Assembly (NCBI RefSeq): GCF_963506605.1
Contig: NC_083276.1
Coordinates: 61,504,001-61,568,000, forward strand
Reading direction: 5' to 3'
DNA: 64,000 bases
Source of the DNA: Zootoca vivipara
Lineage: Eukaryota
Shown piece after piece: positions 27,501 through 42,500 of the stretch. Made by a program: the position numbers and the translations under genes. Below the pieces are notes generated by a model. That model was not told where the DNA came from. It did no database searches and saw nothing but the letters and a program-made list of their open reading frames with translations. Numbering within the stretch: the first letter of the stretch is position 1; the number at the start of each line of letters is the position of its first letter.

Positions 27501-30500
27501 GTTTTGCACCAGCACTAAAACCAGTAATAACAGCAGGCCAATCAGTCAGTGTTATTCAGAAACCAGCTGCACCAGGCTTTTCCTTTCCTTCCTCTCCAGC
27601 AACATCCGCTCCACCAGGATGCAGCAGAGTATTAATAAGGAAGCAGCTCTTCTGCAAACCCAGCTCCATCTGGCTGCTCCTTCCATCATCTATCACCCAG
27701 CAGCAAGCATTCCGTCAGGTTGCAGCACAGAGAGAAATGGAAAGGAGTGCCACAGAGAGAGCAACTCTTGGCTCCTCCTCACCTTCATCTGATTCTAATC
27801 CAGCTGGTCGCTGTAAGAACTTTGAGACCAAGATCTAATGCCTAAACTTGCCTCTTCTTTTCCTGTCTCTTCCCTCTCAATCCCTTTTCTATTTTGTGTT
27901 TTATGTCTTTTAGATTGCCAACCTGAGGGCACCAACCACCTCGTGACTCACTGCTGTAAGATGCCCTGGGAGAGTTTTCACTGAAGAGTGCAGTAAAAAT
28001 TGCTTTAATTGGTTGATTGATTGGCAAGAACAAATACTGTAAGTGAAATGAGCTGTCTTGAAAATGTGATTCTTATTACTTACTTTCCAGTTGGTACAGG
28101 GGAAAATGATCCCTAGTGTAAATAATCCCAGCATAGGTCCCCCGCACATCCCATGAATGCTAAGTGAAGCCTGTTGAAAGGAAACACGGGAGATGCTTTA
28201 GAAAGCTATTGATTGTCATCAAGTGTCTCTGCAGCATCCTTCTATGATGGCTCTTTCAATTTCTTATCTCAGAAAACATGCCTTTTTCTATTTCTTCTTT
28301 GTGTACCATTTCTTGACAGAGTAACATAAATATATGAATCTGTTTTCAAGTTTAAAGAAAGGAGTTCTTATATTTCCTCCACAAATAGTAAGGTATGGAA
28401 GGGGAATGGCAGCGCATTCCATCCTTAACTAAATAGGTGCCCCTAATGTATTCTTGATATAAGAATCAGTGTGGATGGATGGAAGAGGAGTGGGTGTGGC
28501 TTTGGCCCCACCCACTACTCCTGCAGCCCCAAGAGAGAATGCGGCCTTTGTGCTGAAAGATGCTCTCCACCTGTGGCTCTCCAGATGTTGTAGAACTACA
28601 ACTCCCATCATCCCTAACTATTGACTTTGCTGGTTGAAGCTGATGGGAGTTGAAGCCCAGCAATATCTGTGAGCCACAGGCCAGCCACCATTGATCTAAA
28701 ACAAAGGAAGCATGATTTCTCCCTTCCCTTCATATGTAACAGTTGATCAATAGATCAAAATTTAATAAATAGCATGCAATGATTTAATCAATCAATTATA
28801 TCATTAAGCAACTAATATTTCCTTAATTGGCTAGCAGTTTTGATAGCATGTTCCTCAAGACCAGGCATCCCCAAACTGCAGTTTGGGGATGTTTTGGCCT
28901 ACAACTCCCATGATCCCTAGCTAACAGGACCGGTGGTCAGGGAAGATGGGAATTGTAGTCCAAAACATCTGGAGGGCTGAAGTTTGGGGATGCCTGCTCA
29001 AGACCCATACACATGCCTGAAAGTATGTAAAAATAATCTTTCTGGATTTCCCCTGTGCATTGAGGAGGCCCTGTGATGAACATGAAGGAGAGCACTCCTC
29101 ATGATATAACTTGCAATGCCAACAGTTTGCTTGTTCAAGGGCAGACGCTACAAGTTGAAACAATACTGGAAAATCCAACCCGTTGTTACACACGAGGGTT
29201 CCTGGACTGGGTATTTGCTCATATCTCCAAGGATCCCATTTTGTTTCAACATATTCAGACTAAGAAAAAGACTGGATCTTAGTTTTGACCAAATAGAAGA
29301 GTGATATTTCATCCTGCTTATCCACAAGGAAAAGAAATAATGCAGCTAAGAACATGGGCAGGGGTTCCTAGTAGCAGCAGACCCCTTTGGGGTGGAGCTC
29401 CCTGGTCTCTCTTATGGCCAGACAAACTTTGTGTACTAAAGGTGCTGGATTGCCACTTCTCATGGGAGAGAACACAAACTCCTGATGCATGCAGGGGCTC
29501 CAGTTCATACCAACCATCTTAAAATATGTAGTTACCTGCACAACAGGACCCATGAACGATGCTGCTACAGCCATGGAAGTACATAGCACTCCAAATACTA
29601 TGCCTGAAAAAGAGTTGCCCACCATCATCAGCTACAGCCTCAAACATTCAGATGTACTCTTGTGAGATTTTTAACCCATGAAAGATCTCCATGATTCTGA
29701 ACCTGTGTTCTGAAATCTGATATATGCACAATTGGGGGGTCTATTCATTCTATTACTCTGCTTACCGGTGTCAGTACTAAAGGATGCCCTTTGCTTGGAA
29801 TTCTCTTCCAGACAAGTCATCTATGACATTTTTAGAACATGGGGAATAAAAACCTTCGAATTTCAACTATTCATAGTTGGAAGCCAGCACAGTTAATTCT
29901 GCAGCTTAATTCTGAGTGTGTATAAATGTTTCTATCCTCATCTTTATAGAAAAAGGAAATCTGTATTCTTCTTAAAGCTTTAACATCTCACAGTGTCAAT
30001 AACATCTGTATGGAAAGCCGACACTTAATATGAACAAAACCACATCCTATCAAATTCAGGGACCGTTGAGTAGCAGTTTGACTGTGTGACAGATTTTTCA
30101 AGGTCTGAATTTCAGCTCAGCACACTGCAGTGCTGAAAACTGCTGTGCATGATACCTCAATAGATCAAGGATGGGCCCTCTAGAATCTAGATGCTGCTGG
30201 GCAATAACTTCCACCATCCTTGACCATTAGCCAGGCTGTCTGGAGCTGATGAAAACATGGCTCTGGCAACACCTAGTGGGTCCCAGTCAGATGAAATAGA
30301 TGAAGGTAGCTCTCAGCTACTTATAGAACCTAAACAGATCATTACTTTGTATAACTCAGGACCATCTATTCCTACTTAACAATGCCTCTCCAATATCTAC
30401 CCCAGGGTACAGTTGGAAATATTTTTAATTGGGCATGATAGGGATAGAAACCCAGACCTTCTAAATACAAAGGGTGAGCTATGCCATCAAGTTGTGGTTC

Positions 30501-33500
30501 CTTTTATCTGACACCATGTAGCAGTGGAGCACAAATCATTAAATGTACCATGGGATAAAAAGTTCAGCCATCTTATTAGCTTACTCTTATGTTGCACTGG
30601 CATCAGGCCAGACATTTATTGATTTATTTTTTTAATTCGGTCTATTGGGTTTGCTTCTCTGCTTGTTTCAAAAGGTCGGCCAGTGGGCAATTAAGTCATG
30701 TGTAAATTAATTAATTTTTGCAAATGAGGAATGGGTCCCCCCTCCCCCGGTCAAGAATATAAGAGCATAAGAAGAGCCTGCTGGATCAGGTACAAGACCC
30801 ACCTAGTCCAGCATCCTGTTCTCACAGTAACCAACCAGGTGCCTCTAGGAAAGCTGCAGTCAGGATTTGAGCACAAGAGCACTCTCACTTCCTGTGGTTT
30901 CCAGCAACTGGTATTTAAAAGCATTGCTGCCTCCAACTGTGGAAGCATAACCATCATGGCTAGTACCCATTGATAGCTCTCTTCTCCATGAATTTGTCTA
31001 ATCCTCTTCTAAAGTCATCTAGGTTGGTAACCATACTTTCATCCTGTGGGAGCAAGTGCCATAGTTTATGCACTGTGCAAAGTAGTACTTTTTTTTATCT
31101 GCCCCTGAGAATTTTTCTATCTGCCCCTGAGAATTCCACTTCATGGGATGTTCTTGATTTGTAGTGTTTTCTCCATCCACTTTCCACATGCCATGCATAA
31201 TTTTATAAACTTCTATCAATGTCGCTTCTTATTCACCTTTCTTCTCACCAGGGTTTCCCAAACATGGGTCTCCAGCTGTTTGGGGACTACAGTTCCCACA
31301 ATCCCTGACCACTAGTCCTGCTAGCTAGGGATGATGGGAGCTGTAGTCCAAAAACAGCTGAATACCCAATTTTGGGAAGGCCTGCTCTAAGCTAAAAGGT
31401 CCCAAACACTGCAGCTTTTCTTCATAGAAGAATGCCTCCATCTCCAAGATCATTTTGGTTGCCCTTTTTTGAACCTTTGCCAACTCTACAATATCACTTT
31501 TGAGGTGAGGTGAAGAGAACTGTGCACAGTATTCCAAATGTGGTCACACCATGGATTTGTATAATGGCATTATGATATTGTCAGTTTTATTTTCAATTCT
31601 TTTCCTCATGGCCTCTAGCATGGAATTGGCCTTCTTTGCAGCTGTCGACCACTGGGTCAACATCTTCACTGAGCTATCTACTATAACCCCAAGGTCTGTT
31701 TCCTGGTCCGTCAGTCAAGTTGGTCTGTGTAAACAATACTGAGCTAGATGGGCCAATGGTCTGACTTGGTATGCTATGTTCTTAACACTTCACTCCAAAA
31801 TAATAATAAAAAATAGTTGCATGGTTACTGGTACAACAACTTCTCAGGGAATATTACTCCAAAACCATTATCAATAAAAACCAACTCAAGGACAATAGAG
31901 GTTAAATGGCCAAATATCCATTAAGTGATGACATCATACTATCAATGGGCTGTAAACCCCATTCCAGTATCAGACATCATGCAATAACAATAATGTGAGA
32001 TGGAAAGTGGGAACTTGTTTATTGGCCCTCTCCCACTGATGCTCCACTCCTGCCTTCCATGCATTGGGGAGAAGGTCTGCAGAGGGGAGTCTGTTCTGTG
32101 CCCATATGCTCCCTAGCACTTAATGCCTGAACAGGGCTATAATATACAAGGAAACTGGTCAGACAGGCAAATTAACAGTCACCTTAATGGTAATATTAAG
32201 GAGTTCAAAAAGAATGCAAGATTTGTAATATATTGGAATCATGCAAATGACCTGTTGATTTTAATAGGAAGAGAGCTTTGCCCAATAGACCTTGTGGCAT
32301 ATTTGTGGCCTTACAGTTCAGAAGAATCAAATCCATTTACTGTACCTACATAAGCCTTTGCTGACCCAAGTGCTCGCACGTTCAGATAGGTTTGGTAAGC
32401 AGTGCTTGACAAAATCTTCAAATGTGACCGTTGCCAGAGCATTTATACTTGCAGCCACAGTGCTGTGAAAGTGAAAACACACATTGTGAGGACTTTGGCT
32501 GCATCACAGCCACAAAAGAACATAAGGAGAGCCTGCGGGATCAGGCCAATGGCCTCTCCAGTCCAACATCCTGTTTTCACAGTGGCCAATCAGATGCCTA
32601 TGTGAAGCCTGAAAGCAGAACCTGAGCACAACAGCACTCTTCCCACTTGGGATTCTGCCATTCAGAGGCACACTGCCTCAGACAATGAACATATAACAGA
32701 GATATTGTGGTTAGTAGCCACCAATGGCTTCGTTGAATTTCTCTAACCCTCTTTCAAAGCCATCCAAGTTGATGTCCATCACTACTTCCTGTGGGAGCAA
32801 ATTTAGTTACAGGTCCCAGAGTGGGTTGCACTGCTATGTAGTGTGCTGGTTTGGATATTAACAACCCTGAGTGCTGATTCACACAACTCTGAAAACTAGG
32901 AATGTCTGTGTGAGAGGAGAACTTAATATGCAGGTTGCGATTTTACATCACCTCTGCTTAAAAGCCTTTTTAGTGGTATGATAAGATGAATGAAACAGAA
33001 TGAGGAGCACCAACACAATCACTTCACCATGATTCCCCTCCCCCCCCACACACCTAAAAATAAAAAAAATATCAATTTAGAGGGCACCAGGTTAACTGCT
33101 CCAATCTACCCCCATCTCTCCTGCCAGCCTATTCAGGCAGGTGCTTTTTGTCTCCAGCGCTTGTCTGATTTTTTTACTCTTCACAAACACCTGACTGATA
33201 CAGTATCTTCCACCAGAATTAGACAGGGAAGTAAGAGTGACATATTTTTCCATTACCAGCTTAACTTTTGTGTGTGCTCATCTATGTTTTCTGACACTGG
33301 AGGTTCTTTTAACATGAAAATCACTGTTTGATAGGTTGGTACATAAGAGATCATATTGTGGTTTTCTATAGGATGAGAAAAAATATGTGGAAATCTGCTT
33401 GCCAGAGCACATGACAAGCTCTGTGCTGGATTGCATACGGAAAGACAAAGCACTGCAGCATTTCATTGCAGGGACGGAGTTGGCAGAGTGAGAGAAATGA

Positions 33501-36500
33501 TGCGGCAGATTCAAGAGCAGCAGCCCCACCAACACTAAACCCCTGTGCGATGCTCTGCTTGGTTTGCCTCCATTAAAACTGAGCACAGCATACAAAATGT
33601 GAGTAGAGGCAACCCAGTTAAAACACAGACCTTAATGTTCCACTGAAGGCACATGCAACAAATAATCCTGGTAGTCCAGGGGTTGTGGAAAAGATGATCA
33701 TAACAAAATACGGCATTAGCTGGATGGCAGAAAAGAAAGGAAGGAAGGTTAGGAAAGTTTATTCACTCCTCTGTTGCACAAAAAGCTGTTCTGTGGGGAC
33801 CCTACAGAGCAGAGTCTATCAATGTTGATTGTTATTTAATGGTTGTGCCCCCCCCCAATGTTTATAGTGGTTCTTGTTTTTATCTGTATTATCATTATTT
33901 ATTAAATTTCTATAACACCCTTCATCTGAAGATCACAGGGTGGTTTGCCATATAAAATATTATGTGAGGTGAGGTAATGCTTAACCAATCTGAAATATCT
34001 TTTCAATGAGGCAATATAACCTGGTACAAAACAGTTGATGTACAAATAACAGCGAAAGACAATAAACTTGAGGGAATTATTAAGAGGGTGCAGCCCACCT
34101 TGGTTTTTCTCTCAAGGAAATTTCTAAGATGCAGCTCCTACTGAAGAACTAATAAGAAGGGAAGCTTATTTTTCCAGACTAATCTCTGTGTTTAGGTAGT
34201 ACTGAAGCCACTTTGAACCCCACCGGGGGAAAGGCAGGGTATAAATTTATATTTCAAAAAATATGAGGGGAATGCATGCAAGGGAGGAGGAGAAAGTTCC
34301 ACTGAACAAGTGTACATCCCTGAGCTAATGGAATAAGTGCATTGGATACCACCATTTGAATTGACTCCCTGACTTATAATGTACCCAACTGGAAGTCTGT
34401 ACTAGGAAAGAGGGGACTAAGAGGAGATATGATAGCCATCTTCAAATATCTTAAGGATAAAAACCACATGGAAGATGGGGCAAGCTTGTTTTCTCCTGCT
34501 CCAGGGGGTAGGACACAGACCAATGGATTCAAGTTTCAATAAAGGAGATTCCAGCTAAACATCAGAAAGAACTTTCTGACAGTAAGAGCAATTCAACAGT
34601 GGAACAGACTCTCTAAGTAGGTTGTAGACTCTCCTTCCTTGGATATTTGAAGCAGAGGGAGCATTGCAGGGGGTTGGACTAGTTGATTCTCGGGGTCCCT
34701 TCCAACTCTGCAATTCCATAATTCTATGATTCTGTCCCATTTTCGGCATCACCTCTCCTAAGAGCCTTCCTGGCGTGATGTGTATCTGCCCTCATTTGGC
34801 GAGAGTACCACCAAGCCTGACCCTCTAGTAACATTTAGAAGTGCAGTTTTAGAAGTGCAGCAAAGGGTGAATTTCAGTAAGGGAAACAACAAGATTCAGA
34901 TGTGTATTCTCGGATACCTCCAATATTAAAAATGTCCCATTGCATTTACGTATCTGATTGGTTGCTGTACCTGATCAGGTGCTGAAATAAAACCAGCCGT
35001 CCAAGGATCACAGGTCTGGAAATGGGAATACATCACCAATCCTGAAAGGACTGCACATGTCAGGATGACCCACAGCCCCAGTAAATTTAGATACAGTGCA
35101 CTGAAGAGAGAAAAAGAGAAAGGGGTTATATGCCTTTAAAAAATAAGTCATTCCTGTTTGCTACTTTTAGAAAAAGTGTTTAAAAACTATGAGTGGCCCT
35201 TTTTCAAAGATTGTGGCAGTCATATTGGCTGTATGTACATGAATGGTGTACACTGGTAATTCATAGAAAATATATCAATTCCAATCTGGTTTCTAACCCA
35301 ATTTGGGGACAGAAAGAGCTTCCTAGGAAATGGGTCACAGTGAGTGGTTTTGGGAGACTTCTGTTCTATCCCATGGCCTTTAGACTATGGGATCTCTCAA
35401 GGTGCCATTCTGTTAACAACAATAAAGATCCCTTGGCCATTTTGTACAGTAAATAAGATGAGTGCGCCCCCTCCACCCTCATGTTTTCCTTAAAATTCAC
35501 AGAAAGAGTTGTACATGCTTCCCCGCATAAATGGGCAGCTGCCTGTATGTCTCTTTAGTTATGCTCCAGTTTGGAACCAAACTTAATGACTACTTACGCC
35601 TTGGCATGCTTTTCGGTTTTGCAGGAAATGCATCTTTGCATTGTGGACTGATTGACTCCATAGATTCCTAACCAGGTAAATGTCCCTCCTATGGCAATTG
35701 TCCAAAAGGTATGTCTTCTCAGGGGATCGACATCAAAGCTACATAAATGAGACACAATGATGATAACTCATTTAGCCTCCACACCTTAAGTTAGTTTAGG
35801 ATGCTGCAATCCTGGAGAGAGTTTGACTACTTAGATCCCTTTTACTTAAACTGGGTTGAAAAAGCATCCTATATCTAGGAATACAGCAGCGAGGTCTCTG
35901 TAAATCCACATACACAATCCCTTCCTTTATTATTATTATTTGAGGGAGGGGCTTCAAATATGAATTGACTCAACATTTAAACAACATTTTCCTAGCTATA
36001 ATACCTCAAATTATTAATGGGAAAGAAATACACATCTCCACAATGAAAAATACAATGAGCTGGATCCTGACTTAAGGCAGTATCCAGTTATCATGTCTCA
36101 GGAATGTAAGGATTTCTGCTTGTGAAATGGGATTCCCCCCTACTTCTCTCTGTGCACCCTGTGCTCTCAACAAAATTCCTCGGGGGGGGGGGAGTTGGGG
36201 AGCGCTCCCAGGACACATTGGGGGGGAGAAGGGAAAGTCTTGTTATGCAAGTGGAAATCCTTGTGCTGAAGTTTTAATAATTTAAATATGAGTTTTAGTG
36301 TAGCTGCCCCTGTTCTATGGACCAACATTCCTTTCAAGATATGACAGAACCACACTATCTGCAGTTTCCAGAAATGATTGAATGCCATCAGTTTATTATT
36401 TTTATTTTCTGTGCCACTTTTAACTTTTTAAAGCTGTTTTTATTATCCAAGGTATTCCACAACACTCCTCAGTACCTTTCAGTATCCATTCTGCCCATTG

Positions 36501-39500
36501 CTGGCCACTTTTAACAATACGGTTATTGACAAAGGAACAAAAACGTCCATAGATCCAAGTACTGTATGAGAACCAATTCTGCTTACTCAAATATAGTGAG
36601 GCGTGAGCCATTCTTGGCATCTTCCCAAATGTTTGTAAGGCCCCCATTCTTAATAGTTCCTTGAACCAATACTGTTACGAACCCAATCACCATAACGATC
36701 AGTTGAAAGGCATCTGTCCAGACAACTGCTTTTAATCCGCCCTAAGACAAAGAGAGAAAGAGAATATATGTAATTTGTGTTTATTACAGGAAGAAGCCCA
36801 AAGTTCAGATCTTAGCAAGATCTTGTCATGTTGAAAACCGATTTAGTGCAGAAACAGAGAGGGGAAAGAGAGGGAGGAAAGAATGCAATTAGTGCGGTAC
36901 TGAACTGTGTGGCAATAGCCCTCCTTCCCATGTAATAAAGACTCATGACACAGGGATTAAGATTTAATTGGGTGGTTAAGGCCACAACTTTATTAATTAT
37001 GCATGTTGAGCGGAATTGGCTTAGGCGTTGGAACCTAACAGACTATATCCGACTCCAACCCGTGTGTTGAAGTCTGTGAGAAGTTAACCACCACAAAGGA
37101 GCCCCGCGACGTAGATCTACTAGAGCTCTTCCTGTGGCCACCGAAGGGGCGTGCCTTATGGCCCAGGCAACTCCAGGCTCAGGACCAAGCCTCGCCCCCG
37201 GAATCCTTTAACGGAATTACTTCTCCAAATTTGGGCAGCTGATGACGTAACCTGCCCCTCCTCCATCTAATTGTTATGCAAGAGGGACGAAAGAGGGAGC
37301 TTTTCCCGCCTGCAGAGCGCTTTAGAGTTGGTGGCCCCACCCCGACCGACCTCATTGGCTGGTCGGGGGGTGACGCAGGCGGGAACCTACCATTGCGTAG
37401 GGGCTGAGCTTGCAGCCCCTACACGATGGTACAGTCAGGCAGCCCACAACCCCACCTCCGTCGCAGGCGCGGAAGTGGCTTTATCAAGAGGCTCTGCTAT
37501 TTGCTGAAAAAGTTACCATTTCAGGAAGGTTTAAAAATGTGTCTTTATGATTTTCACACCTTTTCATAACATCCTGTTCAGATAGTCAACTCAGGACTCA
37601 CATGTTCGTCTATTCAGAAATAAGTCCTATTTTGTTCCATTGGACTTACTCCAAGGTAAGGGATCTAGAGAATTGCTACTTATGTGCAACTGCGTAAGAC
37701 AGGGGTGCATAACCTGTGGTCTGCTAGACGTTTTTGAGGTGCAATTCCCACCATCCTTGGCCATGCCATCTATGGCTGAAGGAGTCCAAGAACATCTGAA
37801 AGGCCACTCATGTCCTCTTCCCCCAACATAAGGGTATAAGAAAGAATCGCCTCCTTTGTATCAGCAACAGCACAATCTTATTCCTATTGACTCAGAAAGA
37901 TCTCCCACTGTGTTCAGTGAAGCTTAATCCCAGGAAATTGTGGTTGGGATTCCATCCTCCAATTATGGCGGAATGTGTATAACTCAATAATAACAATAGC
38001 AGTCATTTTATTATTTGTGCCCCGCCCATCTGATTGGGTGGCTTCCAGCCACTCTGGGCAGCTTCCAACATATATAAAACATTGTCTTCCCTACACAGGG
38101 ATTGTAGGCTATATTGAAAATTATCACTTGTTTATCTGAACCAAAAAACTTCGTCCTTGCCCTGATAATTTCACGGAGTATTTTGAAACAAATTTTGATG
38201 AGAAATTAAAAGTTCTCCTTTACTGAGCACAAAAGCATAGGATCATTTTTTTCCCTCACTAACATAAATATGAATCCAAATTATAAAATCCTTATTTCAT
38301 AAGCTTTTTGAGTTGAACTGTATGCCAAGTACATACCAGGGTACAGTAGAAGGTGCAAACAATTCCTGTTGCAAATACTGAGCCCCAAAGATTAAATCCA
38401 GTCACTGCAAAACCAAAGGAAATAAAATTAGGCAGGGTTCACCTAGGGACACGATGAAATCTAAAATGTATTATTTCTAGCAGGATAAAGAAAGACACAG
38501 CTTTTATTTATCTGTTTCCATTACCTCCTTTTACATCCTTGATAACAGAAATTCAATTTTATTGTTTCTCTGAATGATGCATACTATTTGCAGAGAATTC
38601 CTTACTCTGGTGAACAGACCAAATCTGGTTTAGAAGCTAAATGATGGAGTGTCAGACAGCCTAAGTCTATAGCCTTTCGAGGGACATCAGTTTGTACTTG
38701 TTCACATTACACATGACATTAAGACAGAAGAGTGCAAAGAGAGAAAGTATCAAAGTACATGACATGGTGTTAGATCATTATGCTAAACCGGGACCTTTGC
38801 CAAGACCTCGAGTAGCACGTTCAGTGCACATCTCCTCCGGTTACTTTTTAGCAAAAGGAAAACCTAGCAAATAAATAACACGATCCTGATGCTGCATAGA
38901 AAGGGGGGGGGGAGACAAGGGACTGAGAGATGCCAATGGGAAGGTAACAGGAGAAGACATAGATCTTTTCAGTGCATTTGGTGTTCACATTTCTGCTTTA
39001 CAGTTCTTGCATTGTGACAATTGGCAAAGCTCTGGCCTGCTGGCCTGGACACTCACCTTGATTGAGAGCCAGGGCTGGAGCATAGACGACCACTCCAGTG
39101 TAAAGAATCTGAAAAGGATCAGAAAGAATATGGAAAGGGCAAACTGGAATCTTGGCAAAAGCAAGTTCTAAATAGACAACTGTCCATAGAAAAGAGCAAA
39201 GACTAATAGATAAGCAAAACAAAGGGCACAGGGATTCTTCGCTGCACCAGATTCTGTGGTTCTGTTCATATAAATATATTCACTTCGGCCAGCACTGATG
39301 CACACGCACAAAGGGGAGCATGTATTCATGTATGCATGCGAATACAGAGATATGTTATTTAACACAACTTCTCTCACTCACTCTTTTTTTATCATCTCGG
39401 TTCATCACATTCCCCAAATTTATATGACTATATCCAGTTGAGTTGCTTGCAGTGCCAGTGATCTAAATCTCCTTCCACCTGAGCAAATGGCTATTCTGCT

Positions 39501-42500
39501 TATAGCAATGAATATTTACAACAGTCTGGACTGCAGTGTTGAGCAGTGTCATATGAGGCCCCAGGAGTTTGAGGTTCAAAATCCCCTTCAACTCTGAAAC
39601 TCATCTGGGCCAGTGACCCATCATCACTCAGTCTAGCCCACTTCCATAAAGTTGCTCTGAGGGTAAAAGGTGAGAGAGGACCGTGCACGCTGAGCTCCTT
39701 GCAAGAAAGGTAGGATCAAAAATTAAGTAAATATTTATCATAATAACACTTAAAAGGATTCAGAAGGATTTGGAACAAAAGGTATTGTGGCTCCTTAAGG
39801 ACTATGGTAACTAAGGCTGCATCCCTAGCCCCACTTACTTGGGAGTAAGGCCCATTGAATTCAATGGACTTACTTCTGAGTAGACATAGTTAGGCTTGCA
39901 CTTCAGTTGACCACATCAGGGTGGTTTATACATATACAATTATTAAAACTATAAAACACAATAACCCATTAAAACCAGCATTGAATGCAGACCAAGGCAA
40001 CAACAGAAAGCAGTCCCTCATTACAAATGGACAACACTGATCAACTGTCCTCGACTGCCTTTCATAGCTGTCAACTTTCCCCCTTTTTAAGGGAAATTCC
40101 CTTATTCCAAATAGGATTCCTCACGAGAAAGGGGAAAAGTTGACAGCTATGCTGCCTTTGTGGAGAGAGATGTCTTCAGCTAGGGTCAAACACCACACCA
40201 TGTAGATGCCAGCCATTTTTTCTGATGTGAGAGAGTCCCATAATCAGAATGCCAATTTGGGAAACTTTTGGCCATTACTCATAGCTGCCAAGTTATCCCT
40301 TATTTTAAGGGATTTTCCCTTATGCTGAATAGGCTTCCTCGCGAGAAAAGGGAAAACTTGGCAGCTATGCCATTACTGCTGGCAACATTCATTGCATTCT
40401 GCTTTTAACTTAAACTTTCAGTCTTTAAAGAAACATACCTAGGCAAAAAAAACCACATTTCATTTTGTAGTATCAGTGATATGAAACAGTATAAAATGCA
40501 TTCAGATGGGGTGAGGGAAGTGAAGCCCTCACTTGACCTTCCAACATCTGCTGCTTACTGGACAGGAGAGGGGGGAGCGACAAGGTGGCAGGCAGATCAT
40601 CATGGTTCAAGCACACCAGTGGATCAAATCCTGTCAATTCATTTCCACTGCACAGACCTCTCTACCATCTTGCCCCCCTCCTTTCTGGAAAACAGCAAAT
40701 TCACTATCAGAGCAAATTTGGTGCTTCTGCCAATGCATCTGCACAGCAGCAACCTCCTTGCCACCTCACCCTTTCCCCCTGTTAAGAAGCTGCAACTCAG
40801 CTATCAAGTGAGTTCCGTTATCCCACTGCGCCATCTGCTACTGATTAAATTATACAAATATCCAGCATAAGTGTTGTTCAGACAATACTCATTGAAATCA
40901 GTGGACTTAAGTTAGTCTAGTCCGCATTGAGTATCACCCATAGTGTCACACCAAGTAAGTTAGCACCTTACTCTGAACTGGATTTGACAGTTCTGTAGAA
41001 TTCTCTGATCACCTAAGCGTTTTGTAAGGTGAGCAGTTCATCTAAGTGTCAATGCATTACTGGTGCTATCTAGTTGCATGGAATTCATTTGGAGGATGGA
41101 ATCGTGTTGGGAAACAAGAGAGTTCCCTGAATAGACATCTATATCTGGTTATCCACTAAGTAAAGTCAATTAAGGTGTTAAGGTGCTACACTCAATATGC
41201 CAGCAAGTTTGGAAAACTCAGCAGTGGCCAGAGGATTGGAGAAGATCAGCCTACATCCCAATCCCAAATAAGGGCAGTGGAATGCTCCAACTACCGCACA
41301 ATTGCCCTCATTTCACACTCTAGCAAGGTTATGCTTAAAATTCTACAAGGCAGGCTTAAGCAGTATGTGGACTGAGAACTCCCAGAAGTGCAAGCTGGAT
41401 TTCGAAGGGGCAGAGGAACCAGAGACCAAAGAGCAAAATGCGCTGGATTATGGAGAAAGCTAGAGAGTTCCAGAAAAACATTTATTTCTGCTTCATTGAC
41501 CACGCAAAAGCATTTGACTGTGTCGACCACAGCAAACTATGGCAAGTCCTTAAAGAAATGGGAGTGCCTGATCAGCTCATCTCTCTCCTGAGAAATCTCT
41601 ATGTGGGACAAGAAGCTACAGTTAGAACTGGATATGGAATAACTGATTGGTTCAAAATTGGGAAAGGAGTACGACAAGGCTGTATATTGTCTCCCTGCTT
41701 ATTTAACTTATATGCAGAATTCATCATGCGAAAGGCTGGACTGGATGAATCCCAAGCTGGAGTTAAGATTGCCAGAAGAAATATCAACAAGCTCAAATAT
41801 GCTGATGACACAACCTTGAAGGCAGAAAATGAGGAGGAATTAAAGAACCTTTTAATGAGGGTGAAAGAGGAGAGCGCAAAATATGGTCTGAAGCTCAACA
41901 TCAACAAAATGTTGATGGCAGATACTCCTGGCAAATCAGCCCTGGGTTCACTGGAAGGACAGATCCTGAAGCTGAGGCTCCAATACTTTGACCACCTCAT
42001 GAGAAGAGAAGACTCCCTGGAAAATACCCTGATGTTGGGAAAGATGGAGGGCCCAAGGAGAAGGGGACGACAGAGGACAAGATGGTTGGACAATGTTCTT
42101 GATGCCACCAACATGAGTCTGACCAAACTGCGGGACCAAACATTCAGTGCCTGGCATGCTCTGGTCCATGGGGTCATGAAGAGTCGGACACGACTAAATG
42201 ACTAAACAACAACAAAAAGTCAATTAAACTTTACACTTGCTTTGCAAACTACCTTAGACATCCACAATTTGATACTGTCAATTTCTGACCCATATGATTT
42301 GTGAAGATTACTCGTGGATTCCTTCCAGGAAGTGGCTATTATTGCAATGTTAAAGAACATTCTTAGAAGCTGCTACGCAATTCTAAGGAGAAAAGGAAAG
42401 GATGTTCTCTTTATAGCACACAATGTGCAAATAATGCCAGATGTTCCCTGCTGTGCCATACTATTTCTCCTCAGGATGAATCTTAAAGCAAATAAAAAGT

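Noticed and set aside
41599-42177. 192-aa antisense ORF (also 60362-60688)
   Set aside because: Shadow frame of BovB.
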